Shown here one piece after another: positions 1 to 6,738 of a stretch of 15,630 nucleotides of DNA. Position 1 is the first letter of the stretch. Each line of letters begins with the position of its first letter. Origin of the DNA: Acidilobus sp. (GTDB taxonomy: Archaea; Thermoproteota; Thermoprotei_A; Sulfolobales; Acidilobaceae). Made by a program: the position numbers and the translations under genes. The DNA lies in the NCBI RefSeq assembly GCF_049973875.1, contig NZ_JBMFJI010000020.1, positions 1-15,630 of the forward strand, read 5' to 3'. The notes under the pieces were generated by a model. That model did no database searches. It had not been told where the DNA came from and saw nothing but the letters and a program-made list of their open reading frames with translations.

Positions 1-72
1 GTATGCAGCAGGGGCGTGGGGACACGCAGGCGCAGCAGAGCCCCTCTCGGGGCATCCCCACGCCCAGCAACC

Positions 73-454
73 ATGACCTTCCAGGGCTTAAAAGGCCTCA
101 CCCCGCCCCTGGAAGGGGCGAGGCTTGTCGTTCCTTTTGTCAGAGCAGGCGAGGATACAGGCCATACAGAGGATGGTGGAGCACGCCAAGAGCATGGGCG
201 CCAACGCGGTCATAGCCTTCAGGCTGGACTCCAACGAGATAGGCGAGACCATAGACGAGATAATAGCCTACGGCACCGCCGTGGTTGTCGAGCCCCCTGA
301 CGTATTTGCCTTTGCTGTCTCATATAGTCACCAAGCCAAACGTTTTAAAAGTAGGAGCACCTCTACAGCCGAGGCCTTTCTTGGCCTGGCATTAGCCCAC
401 ACGACGAGAGACGCCCTTACGGCCTCAAAGGGTGTCCTTTTTAAGACTCTGTGA
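73..454 (+). pseudogene. UPF0145/YbjQ-family protein remnant with an internal deletion, a frame change and a lost stop
   Basis: Frame 1 from ATG 73 reads MTFQGLKGLTPPLEGARLVVPFVRAGED, matching the YbjQ N-terminus ([20 protein letters not shown]-like). Frame 2 (ORF 125-454) reads EQARIQAIQRMVEHAKSMGANAVIAFRLDSNEIGETIDEIIAYGTAVVVE, matching the YbjQ middle and C-terminus. About 30 codons between them are absent and the two parts overlap in different frames on the same DNA (125-165). After AVVVE the ORF runs about 50 aa into AT-richer, non-homologous sequence. Confidence 0.5.
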
Positions 455-480
455 TTCCCCCCTTCAAGCGGTGAAATTTC

Positions 481-1625
481 GTGGTAGACGAGCACCTGCC
501 CCTGAAGGGTGTCAGGGTCCTGGACCTCTCCCACACCCTGGCAGGGCCCTTCGCGACCCTCATAATGGCTGACCTTGGGGCTGAGGTAATCAAGGTCGAG
601 CCGCCTGAGGGAGACGAGTCAAGGGGCTTCTCGCCCATAGTCAACGGCGTCAGCGCCTACTTCCTTGCCATAAACAGGGGAAGAGGAGCGTCGTGCTGAA
701 CCTGAAGGACGAGCGCGACAGGGAGGTCCTCTACAGCCTTGTCAAGAGAAGCCACGTGGTCATTGAGAACTTCAGGCCTGGCGTGAGGGAGAGGCTCGGC
801 GTCGACCCCGAGTCCCTCTTCAAGGTCAACAGGGACCTGGTGTACGTCAGCGTAAAGGGCTTCAGGCCCGAGAGCCCCTACAACGACAGGCCCGCGTACG
901 ACCTGATAATCCAGGGCATGAGCGGGCTCATGATGACTACGGGGAGGGAGGGGGACCCGCCGGTCAGGATCCCCTTCGCCCTCTTTGACATAATCACTGG
1001 CGAGATGGCCGCCATCTACGCCATATCTGGGCTTTACTCCAAGGTAAGGCCCTACTACGCTGAGGTCTACCTCTACGACAGCGCCGTCTTCGCTATGTCC
1101 TACATACCAATGATGTACCTCGTCGCGAAGCAGAGGCCGAGGAGGCTTGGCTCAGCCCACCCAAGCATGGCGCCCCATCAGGCCTACGTGGGCTCGGACG
1201 GCAGGTGGTTCATAGTGGCTGTCGGGAACGACAGGCAGTGGACCAGGCTCTGTGACGCCTTGGGGCTGAAGGAGCTTAAGGATGACCCTAGGTTCAGGAC
1301 TAATGACGATAGGGTCAGGAACAGGGATGAGCTGGCCAGGCTGCTCCAGCAGGTCTTCTCTACGAGGCCGAGGGACGAGTGGGTATCAGCGCTTGAGAGG
1401 GCCGGGGTCCCGGTCTCGCCCGTCTACGAGGTCGAGGAGGTCTTCAAGGACCAGTACGGGCGCCTGCTAGTCTTTGAGATGGAGCACGAGGTACTGGGCA
1501 AGATACCCCAGCTGAAGGAGCCCGGGAAGATCAACGGGAAGGAGCCCCTCGCCACCATACCTCCTCCCCTCCTTGGGGAGGACAACGACTACGTGAGGAG
1601 GCTAGCGTCAGGTGAGGGGCAGTGA
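481..1625 (+). CDS. Family III CoA-transferase (CaiB/BaiF/Frc-like), interrupted by a 1-nt frameshift near 679-684; possible pseudogene or homopolymer sequencing error
   Basis: N-terminal ORF 481-699 has LKGVRVLDLSHTLAGPFATLIMADLGAEVIKVEPPEGDESRG, the family-III CoA-transferase signature. ORF 693-1625 continues with RSVVLNLKDERDREVL...VIENFRPGV...RLG and the rest of the fold. Joining them restores AINRG|KRSVVLNLKD, which aligns with Frc FNCNKRSIELDMK. Confidence 0.8.
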
Positions 1626-2386
1626 GCGGTGCTGTGGGAGACCACATAAGGGTTGAGAGAGAGTATCCCCTTATATGGATCGTAATCGACAGAGAAAGAA
1701 ACGCCAACGCCCTCGGCAGCAGGGAAATGTTCGACCTCAGGGATGCCATAGAGGGCTCCTGCAGGGATGAGAACGCGAGCGCGGTCGCCATCACCGGGGC
1801 TGGCGAGAAGTACTTCTCGGCTGGTATGGACCTTGACGAGATATCCTCAATAGATGACGTAGAGAAGGCCTGGAGGTACCTCTACCTCGGGCTCGGCGGC
1901 GTGATCAAGGCGATCCTTGACTGCAGGGTCCCCGTCATAGCCGCCATAAACGGCTACGCCATAGGCGCGGGCTTCGACCTGATCTACGCCTCAGACGTCG
2001 CATACGCCGTAAGGTCGGCGAGGCTTGGCTTGACCGCGGTCAAGTGGGGCTTAATACCGCCAGTCAGCTCGACGATTGGGCCGGCGCTGGCGGACTCCAA
2101 GGGAGTGGCCTATCTGGCTCTCACGGGCGACCTGATAACTGCCGAGGAGGCCCTCAGGCTCGGCCTGATAAACGACGTAGTTAATAACCTCCAGGAGCTC
2201 AAAGCTAAGGTGAGGGAGGTCGCCGACAAGTTCAACAAGAACGACCCGCTCGCTGTCCAGCAGATCAAGATGTTAATATCAGCTTACAAGAACGACCCCT
2301 ACATGTACGCGGGCCACTCGACCCTCGCCGCCTTTGCCGCGAGGGGGCGGACGAGGGAGAGGATAAGGTCGCTCTTCAAGAAGTAG
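1622..2386 (+). CDS. Enoyl-CoA hydratase/isomerase (crotonase) family protein
   Basis: 254 aa with crotonase-fold motifs (AITGAGEKYFSAGMDL, INGYAIGAGFDL). GTG start overlaps the upstream stop (GTGA), indicating an operon with the CoA-transferase. Confidence 0.85.
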   Translation: MSGAVGDHIRVEREYPLIWIVIDRERNANALGSREMFDLRDAIEGSCRDENASAVAITGAGEKYFSAGMDLDEISSIDDVEKAWRYLYLGLGGVIKAILDCRVPVIAAINGYAIGAGFDLIYASDVAYAVRSARLGLTAVKWGLIPPVSSTIGPALADSKGVAYLALTGDLITAEEALRLGLINDVVNNLQELKAKVREVADKFNKNDPLAVQQIKMLISAYKNDPYMYAGHSTLAAFAARGRTRERIRSLFKK

Positions 2387-2499
2387 GTTTATAATTAAAA
2401 TATCTCCCACGAACTTTAGTTCATCGTTTTCCCTGGTGCTGAAGAGGCGAAAGGGTAAAAGTAAGTCTACAATTTCTAATACAAATAGGCGTACACGAG
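2387..2499 (+). promoter_or_regulatory. Intergenic promoter region for the DUF3311-like/SSS symporter operon
   Basis: TTTATAATTAAAATAT directly after the hydratase stop, and a weaker TTTCTAATACA about 25 nt before GTG 2500. Contains a small dyad GAACTTTAGTTC. Confidence 0.3.
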
Positions 2500-2712
2500 G
2501 TGGGATCGCCCAAGAGGGCGCGTAGCTGGGCGATAGTTGGAATAGTCGCTCTCTTGATATTTGCCGTCTACGTGTGGCCGTGGTACAGCCTCGTCCACCC
2601 AACCCTGGCGGGTCTGCCGTTCTTCTACTGGTGGGTCATAGTCTGGTACGTCATCTCGTCCGTCCTCCTCTACTCTATAGTCAAGTACAGGGTTAAGGGG
2701 GATGCATCATGA
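2500..2712 (+). CDS. Small 2-TM membrane protein, DUF3311-like accessory subunit of SSS transporters
   Basis: 70 aa, two hydrophobic helices rich in W/Y/P (WPWYSLVHPTLAGLPFFYWWVIVWY). Stop overlaps the symporter start (ATGA at 2709-2712). Confidence 0.6.
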   Translation: MGSPKRARSWAIVGIVALLIFAVYVWPWYSLVHPTLAGLPFFYWWVIVWYVISSVLLYSIVKYRVKGDAS

Positions 2713-4202
2713 TGACTCCTGATGGCCTGCAGCTTCTGGCGGTATTCCTGGCCCTGTTCGCGGTGTTCGCAGTAATCGGGTTCCTGGGCAGGTACTACAG
2801 GAGGGCCGACCTATCGCAGCTCCACGAGTGGGGCCTTGCCGGCAGGAAGCTCGGGACCGCCCTTCAGTTCTTCCTCCAGGGCGCGGACTTGTTTACGGCG
2901 TACGCAATACTGGCCATACCCTCGGCCGTCTTCGCCCTAGGAGCCTTCGGCTTCTTCGGCGTCGCCTGCGAGGCGATGGTGCTCGCCTTCGTAAGCCTCT
3001 ACATGCCGAGGCTGTGGAGGCTTTCTAGGGACAAGGGCTACATAACCATAGCTGACTACGCCAGGGGCGAGTTCAACAGCACGCTCCTCTCCCTCACCAT
3101 AGTAATACTTGGCATATTTGCTACGCTCTTCTACATAGCCCTGCAGGTCGACGGGCTCTACACGATCCTCGGCACCCTGATGCTCAAGGCGTTCCAGATC
3201 TCCCCGACCTCGCCTGCATTCAAGGAGTACAGCGTTGTGATGCTGTTCGTGACGTTCGCCATTATCGCCGCCTTCTCGTTCACCAGCGGGATAAGGGGCG
3301 TGTCGCTAGGCGCCATATTCAAGGACGTCCTCGTGTGGACTGGCCTGCTGACGGTCATAGTCGTTACCCTAGCAGCCCTGAAGGGCTTCTCTAACCTCTT
3401 CGCTGGCATGCCTTCATATTACCTCTCGCTCCCGAGCGCCAAGGCCCTCGCTTTCACTTCGAGCATGCTTGGCATGGTCTTCTCGGCCTACCTATGGCCC
3501 CACAACATAACTGGCTCCTGGGCGGCCCAGAGCGAAGAGAAGCTCCTGAAGGGGTACGCCCTGACCGTACTCTACGCCATACCGCTTGCCCTGGCCGACG
3601 TGCTCGCCATAGCAGTCTACAAGCTACCCACAGTCTACAGCTTCATAAAGCCGCTCCCACCTGACTCGAGGGGACTTTATGTAATACCGGCTCTCCTCGT
3701 TAGCCTCGTCCCCGGCTGGCTGGCAGGGATAGCACTGCTTGGCATCTTCGTTGGCGGCCTGGTGCCGGCAGCCCTGATGGCCGTGACCGTCGGCAACATG
3801 ACCGGCAGGGACCTGGCGAGGATCGTCAAGCCAGGCATATCTCCCAGGGGCCAGACGACGATAGCTAAGTGGGCAGCTGTTGCATTCGCCTTCCTGTCAC
3901 TGGCGCTCCTCCAGGTCATACCTATGACCTACGCGTTCCAGTTCTACCTGGTCGGCGCTGAGATAGTCCTCCAGTTCCTGCCCATCGTCGTCATACACCC
4001 GTTCTTCAGGTTCATAAGGAAGGAGCTCGCGATCGCCGGCATCTGGGTAGGTTCAATAGTGTCGATCCTACTGACCCTCTACGCTAACCACTTCGGCACG
4101 ATTAAGACGACGCTGTACCATGACATATACACCGGCTTCTTTGGCCTCGCCGTCAACCTAGTCATCGTCTTCCTTAGCCTCGCCTTCCCCAAGGGGCAGT
4201 GA
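2709..4202 (+). CDS. Sodium:solute symporter (SSS/SSF) family transporter
   Basis: 497 aa, about 13 TM helices. N-terminal GLAGRKLG...GADLFTAYAILAIPSAVFALG and the following PRLWRLSR...YITIADYARGEF stretch are typical SSF motifs. Confidence 0.85.
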   Translation: MMTPDGLQLLAVFLALFAVFAVIGFLGRYYRRADLSQLHEWGLAGRKLGTALQFFLQGADLFTAYAILAIPSAVFALGAFGFFGVACEAMVLAFVSLYMPRLWRLSRDKGYITIADYARGEFNSTLLSLTIVILGIFATLFYIALQVDGLYTILGTLMLKAFQISPTSPAFKEYSVVMLFVTFAIIAAFSFTSGIRGVSLGAIFKDVLVWTGLLTVIVVTLAALKGFSNLFAGMPSYYLSLPSAKALAFTSSMLGMVFSAYLWPHNITGSWAAQSEEKLLKGYALTVLYAIPLALADVLAIAVYKLPTVYSFIKPLPPDSRGLYVIPALLVSLVPGWLAGIALLGIFVGGLVPAALMAVTVGNMTGRDLARIVKPGISPRGQTTIAKWAAVAFAFLSLALLQVIPMTYAFQFYLVGAEIVLQFLPIVVIHPFFRFIRKELAIAGIWVGSIVSILLTLYANHFGTIKTTLYHDIYTGFFGLAVNLVIVFLSLAFPKGQ

Positions 4203-4490
4203 CCTGCCCACCCTTCAAGTGACCCAGACCTTTTTACGAGACTCCTTACGACGTCTTTCTCGCACAAACCTGTCGTCGACCAGTCAACTGGCTAGGCCAA
4301 GAGCTCGGTGAGTCGACCCCGCCTCGCTCTGCCTGAAGCTGTGCCGTTGGAGATCATGGTCAGCCCTTCAGTTCGAAAAGGGTAGGCCACTCCAGCGGGA
4401 CCCCAGCCGAAGACCTGGGGGAGTAGGGTGGGAGCATTGACTACCTTAAGGAGGCTTTAATAACCGATCCCTCTAGAGCTGGGGGTCTCC

Positions 4491-4951
4491 TTGGCCTGGA
4501 GGGACTCTTTCAGGAGGTGGGCGGAAGAGGAGCTCGTCCACTCGAGGTCGTTCCGAGAGATAGCCAAGGAGGTCAGGAGCCCGCTAGTGAAGGCGATCAT
4601 CTTAGCGGCCCCCGTTGACCCCCAGAAGCGCAGCGAGCTTTACAGGTTTGCGCTCGAGCTCCTGCGGGGACCCACCATAGATGAGGGGGCTTCGAGTCCT
4701 CAATAGCTGCCCTCAGGAGGCGCGTCGAGATCGAGGGGGAGGCCTTGAGGTTCCTAGAGGAGAGGCAAATCAACGACGAACGCGTGAAATCAAACCCGCA
4801 GCTTGCCTTCGTGCTCAGGCTCCTGCTGAGGGACGAGAAGTTCCACCACGTAGTCCTTCATGACCTCTACCAGGCCCTGGTGAGAAGCAGGATAATTGGG
4901 CAGGGCGAGGAGTGGGAGGAGCTCTACAGGGAGCTCGACAGGTACCTGTAG
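4491..4951 (+). CDS. Hypothetical alpha-helical protein (two ExxH motifs), apparently split by a 1-nt frameshift at G-run 4683-4689 (ORFs 4491-4706 and 4745-4951)
   Basis: Two adjacent ORFs with host-like codon usage (AGG, ATA). Frame 2 is open from 4685 and reads GGFESSIAALRRRVEIEGEALRFLEERQ..., continuing the upstream helix pattern. TTG start 4491 lies about 30 nt downstream of TATA-like CTTTAATAA (4455-4463). I do not recognise the family. Confidence 0.4.
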
Positions 4952-4990
4952 CTTAAAGCTTAGCCCTGCCCAGGACCTTGGGGCGGGCCC

Positions 4991-5356
4991 TTGGACAGGG
5001 GCTCGAGGCTGCTGTGGGCCAGCTGGACCTTCAGCGTAGCCAACGGCCTCTCGTCGCCCGTGCTCGGCCTCTACCTCTTCACCGGGGGCTCCATGGAGGT
5101 CTCCGTGGAGTTCTACATAGTCAGCGCGGCCTTCATACTGGCGACCTACATAGCAGTCGGCATGTCAAGCGGCAGGCTGAGGTCAACTGCCTCCCTCTAC
5201 AGGCCGGGCCTCGCCCTGCTGGCGGCCTTCTACTTCACCCTCCTGGTCCCGGCCGTGGTGAACCTCCTGGGCCCCTTCACCTCCCCCCTGGTGCCGGGGG
5301 CCTTCGCCCTGGCCGGGGGGTCGTACTTCAAGGTCATCAGGAGGGACAAGCCTTAA
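4991..5356 (+). CDS. Hypothetical small membrane protein (3-4 TM)
   Basis: 121 aa, hydrophobic helices (LGLYLFTGG..., FYIVSAAFILATYIAVGM, LALLAAFYFTLLVPAVVNLLGPF). TTG start about 30 nt downstream of CTTAAAGCTT (4952-4961). Host-like codon usage. Confidence 0.5.
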   Translation: MDRGSRLLWASWTFSVANGLSSPVLGLYLFTGGSMEVSVEFYIVSAAFILATYIAVGMSSGRLRSTASLYRPGLALLAAFYFTLLVPAVVNLLGPFTSPLVPGAFALAGGSYFKVIRRDKP

Positions 5357-5358
5357 GC

Positions 5359-5367
5359 TTATATTTT
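5359..5367 (+). promoter_or_regulatory. TATA box TTATATTTT for the amidohydrolase gene
   Basis: AT-rich element directly after the upstream TAA, about 30 nt before GTG 5399. Confidence 0.45.
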
Positions 5368-5398
5368 GGCCCGGCCTCCCCAGGCCAGGTGCCTGACG

Positions 5399-6661
5399 GT
5401 GGGCACTCTAGTTATAGAGGACGCGCTTATCTTCGACTCGTCCGGGAGGCAGCCCTTCAGGGGCACTGTAGTAGTAAAGGATAACGTGATAGAGGACGTG
5501 GGGACCAGGGGCGAGGTCAGCCCCCCTGAGGGGGCCAGGGTCATAGAGGCCAGGGGCATGTTCCTGATGCCTGGCCTCATAGACGCCCACCTCCACCTCA
5601 CGGGCTCAAGGAGCGGGAGGATAGAGGAGGACCTGGTGACCCCCATAGGAGTCTTCTTCGCCAGGGCCGTGAGGGACCTGGAGGCCCTGGCTGACGCGGG
5701 CTTCACCACGGTGGTTGACGCCGGCAGCATAGTGGGGCTTCACCTGAGGGACGCCGTGGCCGAGGGCACGGTGAGGGGGCCCAGGGTGGTCGCCGCCGGC
5801 CCCGTGCTCTCGCAGACCTTCGGCCACGCCGACACCCACTACCTGCCGGTTGAGTGGGTAGACTACAGGACGACCAAGAAGCTCACCCCGTTCGCGTCGC
5901 TGATATGCGACGGTGAGGCCGAGTGCAGGAAGGCCGCCAGGCACGCCATGAGGGAGGGGGCCGACTTCATAAAGGTCATGGCGTCGGGAGGGGTGCTCAG
6001 CCAGAGGGACAGGCCGGAGTACAGGCAGTTCACCCTCGAGGAGCTGAGGGCCATCGTTGACGAGGCCAGGGCCGCCAACAGGTGGGTCCACGCCCACGCG
6101 GAGGGCAAGGCGGGCATAGTGAACGCCGCCAGGGCAGGGGTCAAGATAGTGGCCCACTGCGACATGATGGACGAGGAGGCCGCCGAGGAGGTCCTGAAGG
6201 CCGGGGCCACGTGCGTGCCCACCTTCGCCATTGACTACAGGCTGCTGGAGGAGGGCCAGAAGCTTGGGGTGCCAGAGTGGGGCATGAGGAAGATAGCCGA
6301 GCTGGCGGACATACACCTAGAGAACATAAGGAGGGCCTACAGGATGGGCGTCAGGCTGGCCACGGGCACTGACTTCTCGGGCGGCGTGGGCAGGCACGGC
6401 GAGAACGCAGAGGAGGTAGCAATATTCGTCGAGAGGGTGGGCATGACCCCGCAGGAGGCATTAATAGCCGCCACCAGGAACGCCGCCTACGCCGCGGGCC
6501 TGGAGGGCAGGGCGGGCATAGTAGCCAAGGGGGCCCTGGCGGACCTCATACTGGTCGACGGCAACCCGCTCGATAACGTCAGGGTACTCACGGACAGGTC
6601 AAAGGTGAGGCTGGTGGTCAGGGGAGGGGAGGTAATTAAGGACTCGCTCTCCAAGGCCTGA
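5399..6661 (+). CDS. Amidohydrolase-family metal-dependent hydrolase (COG1228-like)
   Basis: LVIEDALIFD...GMFLMPGLIDAHLHL (HxH metal site) and C-terminal GALADLILVDGNPL motif. The ORF track starts at TTG 5366, but that codon lies inside the TATA box TTATATTTT (5359-5367). GTG 5399 is the more plausible start. Confidence 0.85.
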   Translation: MGTLVIEDALIFDSSGRQPFRGTVVVKDNVIEDVGTRGEVSPPEGARVIEARGMFLMPGLIDAHLHLTGSRSGRIEEDLVTPIGVFFARAVRDLEALADAGFTTVVDAGSIVGLHLRDAVAEGTVRGPRVVAAGPVLSQTFGHADTHYLPVEWVDYRTTKKLTPFASLICDGEAECRKAARHAMREGADFIKVMASGGVLSQRDRPEYRQFTLEELRAIVDEARAANRWVHAHAEGKAGIVNAARAGVKIVAHCDMMDEEAAEEVLKAGATCVPTFAIDYRLLEEGQKLGVPEWGMRKIAELADIHLENIRRAYRMGVRLATGTDFSGGVGRHGENAEEVAIFVERVGMTPQEALIAATRNAAYAAGLEGRAGIVAKGALADLILVDGNPLDNVRVLTDRSKVRLVVRGGEVIKDSLSKA

Positions 6662-6710
6662 CCTTTCACCTGTTAAAAGTTACCTCAACCCGTAAATGTG
6701 CCCCTTTCAC

Positions 6711-6722
6711 CCCCTTAAGGGG
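6711..6722. promoter_or_regulatory. Perfect 12-bp palindrome CCCCTTAAGGGG with imperfect flanking arms, between a TATA-like box and the ABC exporter start; candidate operator
   Basis: GTTAAAAGTTACC at 6672-6684 is TATA-like. The palindrome lies about 30-40 nt downstream, around the expected TSS. Flanks CCCTTT (6702-6707) and AAAGGG (6724-6729) extend the dyad. Confidence 0.35.
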
Positions 6723-6738
6723 AAAAGGGAGCTGGGAG

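Noticed and set aside
3-300. ORFs 3-215 and 16-300 as independent genes
   Set aside because: Only the 73-165 part of the frame-1 ORF has YbjQ-like sequence. The rest is Arg/Pro-rich nonsense, better explained as a decayed YbjQ gene spanning two frames.
1282-1794. ORF 1282-1470 (+) and ORF 1531-1794 (-), inside or antisense to the CoA-transferase and hydratase genes
   Set aside because: Low-complexity Ser/Arg/Gly-rich translations nested in strongly supported genes.
4364-4382. Possible tRNA T-arm (GTTCGAA loop)
   Set aside because: The loop would be 9 nt rather than 7, and no acceptor, D or anticodon arms can be built around it, with or without an intron. Kept only as a hairpin in the non-coding gap finding.
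5366-5398. TTG 5366 as the start of the amidohydrolase (as given by the ORF track)
   Set aside because: The codon lies inside the TATA box TTATATTTT. An archaeal TSS would be about 25 nt downstream, so GTG 5399 (MGTLVIEDALIFD) is the plausible leaderless start.
4978-5484. 168-aa + ORF (GRALGQGLEAAV...) overlapping the small membrane protein gene
   Set aside because: Arg/Gly/Pro/His-rich composition reading through the TATA box at 5359-5367. Alternative frame of a GC-rich region, with no features of a real protein.
5606-6316. 236-aa minus-strand ORF, and the 122-aa ORF 5863-6231, antisense to the amidohydrolase
   Set aside because: Pro/Gly/Arg/His-rich low-complexity translation, typical of the antisense frame of a high-GC gene. 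The sense frame has a clear amidohydrolase signature.
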